The notes under the pieces are model-generated. The model did no database searches. It was not told the origin of the DNA and saw only the letters and a list, made by a program, of their open reading frames with translations. 64,000 bases of DNA, from positions 160,001 to 224,000 of the forward strand of contig JAGVGF010000003.1 in the NCBI GenBank assembly GCA_020057295.1. The letters run 5' to 3'. Made by a program: the position numbers and the translations under genes. The stretch is from an archaeon (lineage in GTDB: Archaea; Nanobdellota; Nanobdellia; Woesearchaeales; UBA9642). Each line of letters opens with the position of its first letter. Within the stretch, counting starts at the first letter, position 1. Positions 29,219 through 39,505 of the stretch are shown one piece after another.

Positions 29219-29776
29219 ATGAGAATGTTCCTATCAATTAATTTAAGTAAAGAAATTGTTACAGAATTATCTAGGTTACAGCATGCTATACGAAGCAATT
29301 TATCCTCTGTAGATAAGTTGCTGCTTGTAAAGCCTGAATCTATTCATTTAACACTAAAATTCTTTGCAGATGTAGACAAGAGCAAATTACCTCAAATTCT
29401 TGAAGCACTACGATCTGTTGCTTTGAGTATAGAAAAATTTTCTATAGATACAGATAAATTAAACTATTTTACAGCACCAAACGGTAGACCACGAGTTGTG
29501 TTCTTATCATTTAAAAAATCTGTTCAATTATCAAAATTACATGAAGATATAGGATTGAAACTTGCACCATTAGGATTTAATAAAGATGAATTTAAATCGC
29601 ACGCGACTTTATTTAGGGTAAAATTCTTACGAGATAAATTCAGACTTATAGAGATATTAAAGCATGTAAAAGTCGAACCACTAAAACTAGAAATAAATTC
29701 AATAGAGTTATTTGAAAGTGTTCTAATGGAATCTGGTCCAACATATACTCTTGTTGAGAAATTTGAATTGAAATAA
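29219..29776 (+). CDS. thpR: RNA 2',3'-cyclic phosphodiesterase (2H family)
   Basis: MRMFLSI, HLTLKF and HATLFR 2H motifs, SVL..GPTY. Confidence 0.92.
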   Translation: MRMFLSINLSKEIVTELSRLQHAIRSNLSSVDKLLLVKPESIHLTLKFFADVDKSKLPQILEALRSVALSIEKFSIDTDKLNYFTAPNGRPRVVFLSFKKSVQLSKLHEDIGLKLAPLGFNKDEFKSHATLFRVKFLRDKFRLIEILKHVKVEPLKLEINSIELFESVLMESGPTYTLVEKFELK

Positions 29777-29815
29777 AGAGTAAACTATTTATATCCTTTT
29801 TCTAACATATTCCTT

Positions 29816-31147
29816 ATGAACTGGTATTTAGTTTTTTTCATATTGTATATTCTAATTGTTGTTATAATAGGTATAATCTCTTCCCGCAAAGAATCTGAAG
29901 ATGGATTCATGATTGCCGACCGTAAAGTTCAAGGATTTCAAGTTGCAGCCACAATGAGTGCAGGATTCTTCGATGGAGCAACGCTTGCGATTTACACAGC
30001 ATATATCTATATGTATGGACTGTCCGCCATTTGGTTATTTGTAGGTTTAGCTCTTGGTTTTTTGCTTGTTAAAAAATACGCTCCAATTATAAAGAAAAAG
30101 GCTGATAAACTAAAAGTATATTCTATGCCCGAATATTTTTATAAGGCATTTGGAAAAGATAACGGTCTGATGTTTTCCTTTTTTTTAATATTGCAATTCT
30201 TCTTGCTTTTGACAGTAAATTTGATAGTAAGTGGTAAGATTTTATCCATGATATTTCCTATATCATACAATTTAGCTGTTATAATCGGCGGAATCGTAAT
30301 ATTAACATACTTATTGTTAGCAGGATTCAAAGCTGTGATTAAGACGGATTTTTTTCAGTTAATGATAATGTTTCTTATGACACTTGGCGTTGCAATAATT
30401 TTATTTGGAGATATCAAAGCTATTCCAGTATCCGAATTCAATCTTACAAGTCTAGGAATTGGAAATATAATAGGTTTTCTTATAATTGCAGGCGTGGGTC
30501 TTTTAGTGGCACCAGATCTTTGGCAGAGGATATTTGCAACAAAAGATAGAAAAAATCTTGATAGAGGCCTCTCATACTCGTCAATAATAGTAATATTACT
30601 AGGGTTGCTACTTAGTATTATAGGTTTAATCACTAAAAATAATTTTCCAAATATAGCATCTGAAGACGCATTAGTGATAGGATTTTCTAGCTTATTACCG
30701 GCAGGAATTCTAGTAGCGCTTGGTATGGTTTTATTATATGCTGTAGCATTATCGTCATCAGATACAGCAACGTTTGTTGTATCTTCTATTGTGACAAGAG
30801 ATTTGAAAAATTATTCTAGAAAAAATTCTACTGAATCAATGAAAAAATTAACAAGAATATTTATGATGATTTTTGTTGCTCTTGCTGTAATTCTTGGAAT
30901 ATTTTATCAAAACGTTATGAGTCTAGGATTTTCTCTCGCAAGTCTTAATCTTGCATTAGTTCCTGTTGTCTTCGGATCATTTTACTGGAAATTAAAAGAA
31001 CGAGCAGTATTCTGGTCATTAATATTGGCATTTTTAAGCATCTTAATATTATTTATCTTTGGACAACTCGATCCACAAACTGCTGTAATATCACTGCCTG
31101 TAGCTTTGATATCGCTGTTTGTGTTGCAGAAGGTGTTTAAGAAATAA
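29816..31147 (+). CDS. Sodium:solute symporter family transporter
   Basis: About 13 TM segments; FMIADR, GFKAVIKTDFFQ, DLWQRIFA, ALSSSDT. Confidence 0.9.
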   Translation: MNWYLVFFILYILIVVIIGIISSRKESEDGFMIADRKVQGFQVAATMSAGFFDGATLAIYTAYIYMYGLSAIWLFVGLALGFLLVKKYAPIIKKKADKLKVYSMPEYFYKAFGKDNGLMFSFFLILQFFLLLTVNLIVSGKILSMIFPISYNLAVIIGGIVILTYLLLAGFKAVIKTDFFQLMIMFLMTLGVAIILFGDIKAIPVSEFNLTSLGIGNIIGFLIIAGVGLLVAPDLWQRIFATKDRKNLDRGLSYSSIIVILLGLLLSIIGLITKNNFPNIASEDALVIGFSSLLPAGILVALGMVLLYAVALSSSDTATFVVSSIVTRDLKNYSRKNSTESMKKLTRIFMMIFVALAVILGIFYQNVMSLGFSLASLNLALVPVVFGSFYWKLKERAVFWSLILAFLSILILFIFGQLDPQTAVISLPVALISLFVLQKVFKK

Positions 31148-31153
31148 ACATAA

Positions 31154-31597
31154 TTATTTTCTGATATAGAATTCTTTTCTATTGTAGTTTTCTAGAACTT
31201 TAGCGCTTGGAAAATACATAGGGCTAGGAAGTTCTTTTAAATCAAACCATTTCCATTCTGTAATTTCGTCTGGTTCCATAACTTGTGGTTCTCCCTCGAA
31301 TTCTTCCGCAAATAGTCCTATTGTTATGAAATGTGCTGTTTCTATAATATCTTGATTAACACAAATCACTTTAACGTTCTTTAATTTTATTCCTGTTTCT
31401 TCAAGAACTTCTCTTGCAGCTCCTTCCTCAAATGTCTCTCCAAAATTTAATTTTCCACCAGGCATAGTCCATTTTCCTGCACCATTTAGTTGACTTGATG
31501 CTTTTTCTGGATCGTCATGTCTTTTTCCTAGTAGTATCTTACCATATCTTAGAATCATGACACCAAATCCTGCTCCTATTTTCTTTTTTTCTTCCAT
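31154..31597 (-). CDS. NUDIX hydrolase
   Basis: Nudix box GGKLNFGETFEEGAAREVLEETG. Confidence 0.93.
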   Translation of the reverse strand: MEEKKKIGAGFGVMILRYGKILLGKRHDDPEKASSQLNGAGKWTMPGGKLNFGETFEEGAAREVLEETGIKLKNVKVICVNQDIIETAHFITIGLFAEEFEGEPQVMEPDEITEWKWFDLKELPSPMYFPSAKVLENYNRKEFYIRK

Positions 31598-31603
31598 TTT
31601 AAC

Positions 31604-34003
31604 CTATATCTCTATCTTCTGTTCTCCAAACTCTAACTTCTTTACGTTATGTGCAGAAATAATGTCGTGTTGGATTGGTTTGAACTTCTCGTTGATAACA
31701 AGTCTTTGTACTTCGTCTTTCAAACTCTTGCCTTTTTCTTTCTTTGATTTCCATATGAAACTATTTAATTCTGAGATTTCATCTTTTGTTATATTTACAT
31801 CTGTATATAATTTCCATTCTTTAACAAATGGTTCGAAGTGAATGTCCTTACCGCGTATTTCTTTATAGATTTTGTATGTTATTAATGGCATGATTGGTGC
31901 AAGCATGTTTAACACTGAATCAAGTATTTTGTTTAATGAATATATTGCTGCATGTTGTTGTTCTTTTGTGAATTCTTTATTTTGATTATATGCTCTATTC
32001 TTTACTAACTCAATGTATTGTGATGCGAATGTTTCCCATATGAAATGTCTTAATTCAACTGCTGGTGTGTGGAAATCGTAATTAGGGTAATGTTTATGAC
32101 ATTTTATTACTATGTTGTTTGCTTCATTTAATGCCCATTTATCTAGCATTGTTAAATGATTCTCTGCCTCTTTTGATTCTTCATCAGTTAATTGTGGGAA
32201 CATCGTTATGAATTTTGATGCATTCCATAATTTTGATATGGTTTTTCCTGCTCCTTCAATTCTTTCAAATGAACATCTAAAATCGGTTCTTTCAAGATTT
32301 CCTTCTAATGCAGCCCATAATCTGAACGGTTCTGCACCAAATTTGTCTAATACTTCTTGAGGATTAATTCCGTTACCAAGAGATTTAGACATCTTCTTAC
32401 CATTTTCATCTACAATATGATAATTTATCCAAACATTTTCAAAAATACATTTTCCTGTAATCAAATAGTCTTTAAGTAACGTATAATATAACCATGTTCT
32501 TATAATCTCTTTTCCTTGTGGTCTTAAACTGCATGGTGAATTATTCTTGAAGAATTCATTTTCTTTTTCATATTTTAGAATGTATAATGGACTGTTTGAA
32601 CTATCAAACCATGTATCAAACACTTTTTCTTCGCCGACAAATTCTGTATGATTACACTTAGGACATTTTTCTACTGGACATTTATCTTTCCATGGCTGAT
32701 TATATTTTCCTTTTGACGGAACTACTGGATGTTTGCATGATTTACAATACCATAACGGAATTTCTGTAGCATAATATCTTCTTCTAGATATTGGCCAATC
32801 AATATTTATACTATTTATCCAGTCAATTAATATTTTTCTTGAATCTTCTGAGAAGAATTTTGATTGTTCAGCAATCTTTAACATTTCGTTTCTGAAATCT
32901 AACTGTTTTAAGTAGAATTCTTTCATTCCAATAAATTCGATAGGATCCTTACTTCTCTCACATATTGGTGTTCTATGCTTTATTCGGGATTGTTTTACAA
33001 CTAAATCTTTACTTTTTAACTCATCAATTATTGCTCTTTGTGCATCTCGCGCTTTCATTCCAGCAAATTGTCCTGCATGTTCATTTAACGTGCCGTCCTT
33101 ATTTATTGCAATTGTAGCTTTAAGGCCATTATCTCGGAAGAATCTTATATCTGTAACATCTCCAAAACTACACATCATCATGAGTCCTGTTCCTTTGTCC
33201 ATTTGTGCTACTGGATCTGCTTTTATCGGAACTACTTTTCCGAATAATGGCGTGACAGCATGTTTTCCTTCTAAGTTCATGTATCTTTCATCTTGTGGAT
33301 TGTAACATATCATTTCACACGTACAGATTAATTCAGGTCTTGTTGTTCCTATAATTATATCTTCTCCTGTCTCTTTGATTTTGAATTTTATATCGTTAAA
33401 GAATGCTGGAAGTTCTGCATAATCTATTTCCGCATCTGCAAGTGTTGTCTGACATCCTGGACACCAATTATTTGTCCTATAATCTTCATACACTAATCCT
33501 TTATGCCATAAATCTATGAATGTATCTTGCGTTAGCGCTCTATAATCCGCACTATCTGTCTCGTATACTTCTCCAATTCCGGTTCCTTTCTCCCAAGAAT
33601 TGAATCCTATTCCACATCTTAAGAACGAGTCTACGGATTCTAAGGAACACTCTTCAAGCATTTCTCTACATTTTGTTATAAACTCAATCCTTGGAGTTTC
33701 TGTAAGTTTCATTCCATAACGTTTTTCTGCAGCCATTTCTATCGGAAGACCGTTTCTATCCAAACCCAATGGAAATAAAACTTCTTTACCCATCATTCTG
33801 TGAAATCGTGCAAACATATCCATACATACATATGTAGTAACTTGCCCAATATGTACAGGAGTATTAATATATGGTGGAGGAGTATCTATAGAATACACCT
33901 TTTTCTTAGAATTCTTGTTAAACGCGTACCTTTTATTAGCCTTCCATTCAGTATATATTTCCTTTTCTATTTCCTTAGTCCAATTCTTCTCGTTTAAAGG
34001 CAT
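31604..34003 (-). CDS. valS: Valine--tRNA ligase (archaeal type)
   Basis: IDTPPPY, HIGQ, GTGLMMMC, DWPISRRR, DTWFDSS, KMSKSLGN. Confidence 0.95.
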   Translation of the reverse strand: MPLNEKNWTKEIEKEIYTEWKANKRYAFNKNSKKKVYSIDTPPPYINTPVHIGQVTTYVCMDMFARFHRMMGKEVLFPLGLDRNGLPIEMAAEKRYGMKLTETPRIEFITKCREMLEECSLESVDSFLRCGIGFNSWEKGTGIGEVYETDSADYRALTQDTFIDLWHKGLVYEDYRTNNWCPGCQTTLADAEIDYAELPAFFNDIKFKIKETGEDIIIGTTRPELICTCEMICYNPQDERYMNLEGKHAVTPLFGKVVPIKADPVAQMDKGTGLMMMCSFGDVTDIRFFRDNGLKATIAINKDGTLNEHAGQFAGMKARDAQRAIIDELKSKDLVVKQSRIKHRTPICERSKDPIEFIGMKEFYLKQLDFRNEMLKIAEQSKFFSEDSRKILIDWINSINIDWPISRRRYYATEIPLWYCKSCKHPVVPSKGKYNQPWKDKCPVEKCPKCNHTEFVGEEKVFDTWFDSSNSPLYILKYEKENEFFKNNSPCSLRPQGKEIIRTWLYYTLLKDYLITGKCIFENVWINYHIVDENGKKMSKSLGNGINPQEVLDKFGAEPFRLWAALEGNLERTDFRCSFERIEGAGKTISKLWNASKFITMFPQLTDEESKEAENHLTMLDKWALNEANNIVIKCHKHYPNYDFHTPAVELRHFIWETFASQYIELVKNRAYNQNKEFTKEQQHAAIYSLNKILDSVLNMLAPIMPLITYKIYKEIRGKDIHFEPFVKEWKLYTDVNITKDEISELNSFIWKSKKEKGKSLKDEVQRLVINEKFKPIQHDIISAHNVKKLEFGEQKIEI

Positions 34004-34111
34004 AATATTGTGATTTATAGAAGGTATTTAAAGTTTGTGCTGTAATTATAATCGGTAAATATATAAATTAAGTAGCTGAACGTATATTATATTCAATTTG
34101 GAGGGATATTA

Positions 34112-35785
34112 ATGAAAAAGATTCTATCGTTTATTGTAATGATGGTATTCGTACTATCAATTGTGGGTGCAGCATACGCTGAAGGTAATGATACTAATGT
34201 GGGCAGTAATAATTCAACAACATCAACCGGTACAAACAATTCAACTACATCAACTTGTGTCATTAAAGAAGGTAAATGTTGTCTAGGAGATATTTGTTCA
34301 ACAAGTTCCGCAAATTGTGTTCAAGGAACTACACCTAAATTCTTAGGATGCGATGCTGCATGTGTTGCAAAGGTTGAATGTGTCAAACCTGACGTTAATA
34401 ACACAATTACATGTGTTAGAGAAGGTAATTCATATCCTGTAGGTACAACTCCTGGTTCTCCTACTTATACTTGTTGTTCTGGACTTGTTCCTTACTCTCC
34501 TCCAGGATTGGTTGGCGGAGTAAAATGTGTTAAACCAAATAGTACTAACACAATTACATGTAAGCCTGTTGATAAAGCTTGTACTGCTAATACTAGACAA
34601 GTGATTTTTAAAGATAAGGATGGTTGTGAACAAATTCGTTGTGAGGGCTTAGAAGGTCCAGAATCTAATGATGACGAAGGAAGATCTGGTAATGATAATA
34701 AAGCAACACCTGTATCTGGTAGAATTCCACAAGGTGTAGCTGTTGGTCAAAAATGTGATATTTCTGAAGAGTATAAAAATGCTGGAGAAGCATTGAAAGA
34801 AGAGTATAAGAACGCTTTAGAATCTAAAAAATTAGATGCAGCAAAGGTTGCAAGAGAGAAAATGCAAGAATTAGAACAAAAAATTATGGATCAACGAAGA
34901 GCTTGTATGACTTTAAACGTTCCAGGTTTAATTAAAGAAGATAAAAAAGAATGTTTAATTCCAAAAGATTTGGCAGATAAGATGGAAGCATTACGAGCAA
35001 AGGTTGATACTTTAAGAAGTCAGAATGTATCCATTCCTTCTGATGTTAAAAATCAAATATCAGATTTAGAATCTAAGGCTTCTGATGTTAGAGCTAAATG
35101 TAATGCATTAAAGTTTAGTGATCAAGCTAAAGAAGGCGATGTAGCAGCAATTTATACTGCTAGATTAAAAGAAGCTATGAGCAACAATGATAGTGATACA
35201 AAGATTCAAACATTAAAAGAATTAAGAAAAGAGATTGATGAAACGATAAAGAATCTTATTGAGCAGAAAAAGAAATTGAAGTTTAGTGATATGGAAGGAG
35301 TCGCTGATAAGGTAAGATTAAGACCTAAAACTATCGATGTAGGAGATTCATCAACATCAAGCGAAGATGTAGAAATAGAAACAGAGATTGAAGGAAGTGA
35401 AGTAACTTTATCATCGACAAGCACTGATGTGATCTTAAGCCAAGATGGTTTGAATGTTACAGCAACAGATTTAACTGTTGATTCAGATGGTTTGAGTGTT
35501 GAAGGCGTAGCTGTTAAAATTTCACCTACTGCAATGCTCAATAAAAATCAGAATTTAGATAGAAACAGAGCAAGAGTTACTGAAATGAAACTAGAAAAAG
35601 AAGGAGAAAAAGCAGTATACAATACAAAGTATGATGCTAAGAAAAAAGTTCTAGGATTTATTCCAGCAACAGCAAAGCAAGAAATGAAAATTGATGCATC
35701 TAATGGTCAACTTGTTTCTGAAAAGAAACCATGGTGGGGCTTTATAGCATCAGATGTAAAAGAAGCGAACACTACAACAGAATAA
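34112..35785 (+). CDS. Secreted protein: Cys-rich N-terminal modules, coiled coil, PepSY-like C-terminus
   Basis: Signal peptide (AAYA-E); Cys-rich repeats CVKP-x4-TITC; long helical region; VLGFIP...IDASNGQLV..KPWWGF. Confidence 0.8.
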   Translation: MKKILSFIVMMVFVLSIVGAAYAEGNDTNVGSNNSTTSTGTNNSTTSTCVIKEGKCCLGDICSTSSANCVQGTTPKFLGCDAACVAKVECVKPDVNNTITCVREGNSYPVGTTPGSPTYTCCSGLVPYSPPGLVGGVKCVKPNSTNTITCKPVDKACTANTRQVIFKDKDGCEQIRCEGLEGPESNDDEGRSGNDNKATPVSGRIPQGVAVGQKCDISEEYKNAGEALKEEYKNALESKKLDAAKVAREKMQELEQKIMDQRRACMTLNVPGLIKEDKKECLIPKDLADKMEALRAKVDTLRSQNVSIPSDVKNQISDLESKASDVRAKCNALKFSDQAKEGDVAAIYTARLKEAMSNNDSDTKIQTLKELRKEIDETIKNLIEQKKKLKFSDMEGVADKVRLRPKTIDVGDSSTSSEDVEIETEIEGSEVTLSSTSTDVILSQDGLNVTATDLTVDSDGLSVEGVAVKISPTAMLNKNQNLDRNRARVTEMKLEKEGEKAVYNTKYDAKKKVLGFIPATAKQEMKIDASNGQLVSEKKPWWGFIASDVKEANTTTE

Positions 35786-35816
35786 ATATTTATTTTTATT
35801 TTTTTTAATTTAATTT

Positions 35817-36275
35817 TTATAGTAATAATAGTATTTCTTTGCTGTGATCTTTTACAGATACATCATTGAAATGTTTCACAAGTTTTCCTTTCTCATCTAT
35901 AATGAACGTTTCTCTGCTTGTTCCCATATACTTTCTTCCCATAAATGATTTTTCTTTCCATACACTATAAGAATTTACAATCTTCTTTTCTGAATCTGAA
36001 AGTAATATAAATGGCAGTTTATATTTATCAACAAATTTTTTGTGTGATTTAATATCATCAACACTTATTCCAAGAATTATTGCTCCTTTCTTTTTATACA
36101 ACGCACTGTCGTCTCTAAAATTGCATGCTTCAATTGTACATCCAGGAGTATCATCCTTAGGATAGAAGTAAAGGATAATCTTCTTTCCTTTATAGTCTGA
36201 TAACTTATGTGTCTTCCCGTTCTGATCTTGTAATTCAAAATCTGGAGCCTTTGAACCTTCTTTTAATTGTGCCAT
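35817..36275 (-). CDS. bcp: Peroxiredoxin Bcp/PrxQ
   Basis: YFYPKDDTPGCTIEACNFRD. Confidence 0.95.
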   Translation of the reverse strand: MAQLKEGSKAPDFELQDQNGKTHKLSDYKGKKIILYFYPKDDTPGCTIEACNFRDDSALYKKKGAIILGISVDDIKSHKKFVDKYKLPFILLSDSEKKIVNSYSVWKEKSFMGRKYMGTSRETFIIDEKGKLVKHFNDVSVKDHSKEILLLL

Positions 36276-36277
36276 TG

Positions 36278-36838
36278 TTAACCTCGTTGATTAAAGTATC
36301 CATTATCTCTAGCATGCTTTGTAGTCTCTTCGAATGCATGTAATATTTCTGGAAAATCTTTGAAGTATTTTTCTTTACTTTTTCTTAAAAATTCTTCAGT
36401 CCATCCCTTCCAATCATCTTTATAATCCAATTCGTGAAGCTCAGCGTCAAAAGAATCCACTGCTTTAGCAAATTTTGCTTCAGGTGTTTTACTTTCTTGA
36501 AACTCTTCAAATAATTTTAAATATTTATTTCCAAATTTTTCTGGAAGTTTTCTACTAATTATTTTTGCAGCATCTGTCTCTTTTTGTAGTATTTCCTCTC
36601 TGTGTTCATCAGGTATTAATGGACTGTCTCCTACTTCTATTTCTACAAGATCATGGAACAGAATTAGTTCAAAAACGTGAATTTTATCTAATTCAGGATA
36701 TTGCTCTAGAAAGAAATCTGCTAGAACTAATGCAGACCATGTATGTTCTGCTGTTGACTCTTTTCTATTTCCTACAGAATTGAATCTATAAATATCTTTA
36801 AGCTTGTATATCTCTCTTAATTTTTGGATGTCTGACAT
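36278..36838 (-). CDS. HD-domain phosphohydrolase (5'-deoxynucleotidase-like)
   Basis: ESTAEH, FHDLVE..GD, EAKFAKAVD. Confidence 0.88.
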   Translation of the reverse strand: MSDIQKLREIYKLKDIYRFNSVGNRKESTAEHTWSALVLADFFLEQYPELDKIHVFELILFHDLVEIEVGDSPLIPDEHREEILQKETDAAKIISRKLPEKFGNKYLKLFEEFQESKTPEAKFAKAVDSFDAELHELDYKDDWKGWTEEFLRKSKEKYFKDFPEILHAFEETTKHARDNGYFNQRG

Positions 36839-36839
36839 T

Positions 36840-37448
36840 TTATTTTTTTACTGCCTCAAGATATAATCTTTCAACTTCTTCCCAATTTATTACCTTGAAG
36901 AAATTTTCTACATATTCTGCACGCTTATTCTGATACTTTAGATAGTATGCATGTTCCCATATGTCAATCATTAATATTGGATGTTTTCCTTCTGACCATG
37001 GGGTGTCTTGATTTGCTGTTGATACAATTTCAAGTTTTCCGTTAGAGACTACAAGCCATGCCCAACCAGAACCAAATCTATTCAATGATGCATCTGTAAA
37101 CTGCTTCTTAAAAACATCAAACGAACCAAATGCATGATTTATTACTTCGGTCATCTTGTGCGTTATTGGAACATCTTTCTTCATAATATTCCAGAATTGA
37201 TTATGATTTAAAACCCCTCCTCCATGATTTCTTACAGCATTTCTTGACTGTTCGGGAATGGTGTTTAAGCTTTGCAACAAAGTTTCTATAGGAACTTTCT
37301 GTAATCCTGCATATGGTTCGAGTGCCGCATTTAATTTATCCACATAAGTTTGATGATGTTTGTCGTGGTGTATTCTCATAGTCTGTTCGTCAATGTACGG
37401 CTCAAGGGCGTTATATTCGTAAGGTAATGGTGTTAATTCGTGTTTCAT
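36840..37448 (-). CDS. sodA: Fe/Mn superoxide dismutase, probably Mn type
   Basis: HHDKHH, NHGGGVLNH, FGSGWAWL, NQD, DIWEHAYY. Confidence 0.95.
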   Translation of the reverse strand: MKHELTPLPYEYNALEPYIDEQTMRIHHDKHHQTYVDKLNAALEPYAGLQKVPIETLLQSLNTIPEQSRNAVRNHGGGVLNHNQFWNIMKKDVPITHKMTEVINHAFGSFDVFKKQFTDASLNRFGSGWAWLVVSNGKLEIVSTANQDTPWSEGKHPILMIDIWEHAYYLKYQNKRAEYVENFFKVINWEEVERLYLEAVKK

Positions 37449-37486
37449 TTTATTTTCCTCCTAGGATTTTCTTTTCAAATTTTCGC

Positions 37487-38053
37487 TTATTTCATAATTT
37501 CTTTCAATAGTATAGATATTTTTTCGGTTTTACCTTCTTCAAAATGTCCCTTATTTTTTTGAATTATTATTTTTGATCCGAGTGTTTTCTTGAATTTATC
37601 GGCATTTTTTATTGAGACAAAAGGATCGTTGGTTGAAAATATTGCTGTCGATGTTTTCATATTAGATTTTACTTTTTTAAAGTCTATTTTCGTTTCTAAC
37701 CAAGGCTTTGCAATTTCTTTACTTTCTGTTTCATCAACTGCTGCATCTGTTAATGTTAACCATGGCGCAACAAATAAGACTTTGCCGACTTTTTTTGCTT
37801 TAGAAGTTTCAAGATATCTCATAACTGTTTGGCACCCAATACTGTGGCCGATGATTATAGTGTTTTCATCAGAATTTTTTGCAATTTCTGAAAGTTTTTT
37901 AACCCAAGGTTTTATTTTTGGTACAGCAGGATTAGGCATGATAGGCTTGATAACTTTGAATCCTTTCTTTGTCAATTCTTTTCCTAACCATACAAACCAT
38001 CCCTTATTAGGATTTCCATCCCATCCATGAATAATTATTGCAGTTTTTTTCAT
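37487..38053 (-). CDS. RBBP9/YdeN-family alpha/beta hydrolase
   Basis: IIHGW, GHSIGC, STNDPFV, KGHF. Confidence 0.9.
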   Translation of the reverse strand: MKKTAIIIHGWDGNPNKGWFVWLGKELTKKGFKVIKPIMPNPAVPKIKPWVKKLSEIAKNSDENTIIIGHSIGCQTVMRYLETSKAKKVGKVLFVAPWLTLTDAAVDETESKEIAKPWLETKIDFKKVKSNMKTSTAIFSTNDPFVSIKNADKFKKTLGSKIIIQKNKGHFEEGKTEKISILLKEIMK

Positions 38054-38065
38054 TTTAACCTCTTA

Positions 38066-38944
38066 TTATTTTAATCCGTCCCAATATTTTTTCATTAAGA
38101 GTGCGTCACCTTCGATATTTGGTGATTCGCAGATTACAACACCTTTTAATTTATATTCTTTCCACGTCTTGATTAAGTCTCTCCATTTGAAATCTGACTC
38201 TTCTAGTATAAGATGATTTTTCTCTCCTTTTTCAGAGTATGCTATTCCAGACATGTGAATATGCATATTATTTAATCCCTCTTTTCCTAAAACTTTTTCA
38301 ATCATATTTAACATATCTTTGAATTCCGGAACTGTATTATTTTTACCGCCTGTTCTTGCGTGCATGTGTGAGAAATCAACACACGGCATTACTCCTTCAA
38401 TCTCTGAACTTAATTGTAATATCTCTTTTAGTCCGGCCCATTGTACAGGTTTTCCTGTTGTTTCAGGTCTAACCCAGATATTATTATCGTTATCACGTAA
38501 TTCTTTAACAATAGCTTCCATTTGTGTCTTTACATTTTCATAAACTGTTTTTTCATCCATTCCTAAATAGAATGCTGAGTGAAACGTCATTGACCATGCG
38601 CCTGCAGCACGTGCCATATTTGCTGCTTGTAATACTCGTTGAGCTGATGCAGCAACTTTTTCTTTCTCTTTAGCGTTTAAATTAATATAATAAGAACCGT
38701 GGCATGTTAACATTACATCTGATTTTTGTCTTTCAATGTTTACCTTTTCTGCAGAATCTTCATTTAAGTTAACAGAGTGTACGAACTCAATTTCCATTGC
38801 TTCAAGTCCAAGTTCACGAACAGTTCTTACTCCATCAAATGTTTTGAGTCCCTTAGAAGATGCTATTGAAGGCATTCCTGCAGTTCCAAATCTAAGTCTG
38901 TCTGGTTTCTCTACTTTTATTTTTGAAAAATCAATCTGTGCCAT
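38066..38944 (-). CDS. nfo: Endonuclease IV (AP endonuclease family 2)
   Basis: FGTAG, HGSYYINL, PETTGK, DFSHMHAR, HIHMSGI, ICESP. Confidence 0.92.
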   Translation of the reverse strand: MAQIDFSKIKVEKPDRLRFGTAGMPSIASSKGLKTFDGVRTVRELGLEAMEIEFVHSVNLNEDSAEKVNIERQKSDVMLTCHGSYYINLNAKEKEKVAASAQRVLQAANMARAAGAWSMTFHSAFYLGMDEKTVYENVKTQMEAIVKELRDNDNNIWVRPETTGKPVQWAGLKEILQLSSEIEGVMPCVDFSHMHARTGGKNNTVPEFKDMLNMIEKVLGKEGLNNMHIHMSGIAYSEKGEKNHLILEESDFKWRDLIKTWKEYKLKGVVICESPNIEGDALLMKKYWDGLK

Positions 38945-39501
38945 TATATTCTTATTTCTTTGATGTCTATGCTAGACTTTTTATACATATCATTCATCAT
39001 TTTCTGATACTTATCAGCGTCTAATTCTTTTAATTTCATCTTTTTGAACAATTTTGATATATTTTCTGACTCCTTGTCTATCAATTTTTTATTATCTGTA
39101 ACTAATTCTATTTCAATTATTATCCCTAGATATTGATGATTCGATACATCGATAGTGTATTTGTCATATTTGTATGTTTCTCTTTTTGATTTTAGTAGCG
39201 CACATTTTTTGAAACCCTTTTTCTCCAATTTTTTTAATGAAGCCTTTACATCTGATAATTTTATATCTTTTTCAGTTTCTGTTCTTGCTTTATCATGATA
39301 CGTTCCGTTCTTTATTGTTATCTTTGCTTTATCTTTTCCTTCTTCGTATCTTATCCTTATATATGATGGCTCTTTAAATAACATAGTGATGAGATTTTTT
39401 GAAGATATTAGTTTAGCATTATCTTTTAGATATTTAGTTATCCTTGAATACTCTTTATCTGTAAGGAGTGATCTTTTTTCTATTTCATAATTTGAAGTCA
39501 T
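38944..39501 (-). CDS. CYTH-domain protein (class IV adenylate cyclase/triphosphatase fold)
   Basis: YEIEK (ExExK), YIRIR, ITIK, KRETY, IEIE. Confidence 0.85.
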   Translation of the reverse strand: MTSNYEIEKRSLLTDKEYSRITKYLKDNAKLISSKNLITMLFKEPSYIRIRYEEGKDKAKITIKNGTYHDKARTETEKDIKLSDVKASLKKLEKKGFKKCALLKSKRETYKYDKYTIDVSNHQYLGIIIEIELVTDNKKLIDKESENISKLFKKMKLKELDADKYQKMMNDMYKKSSIDIKEIRI

Positions 39502-39505
39502 TTAT

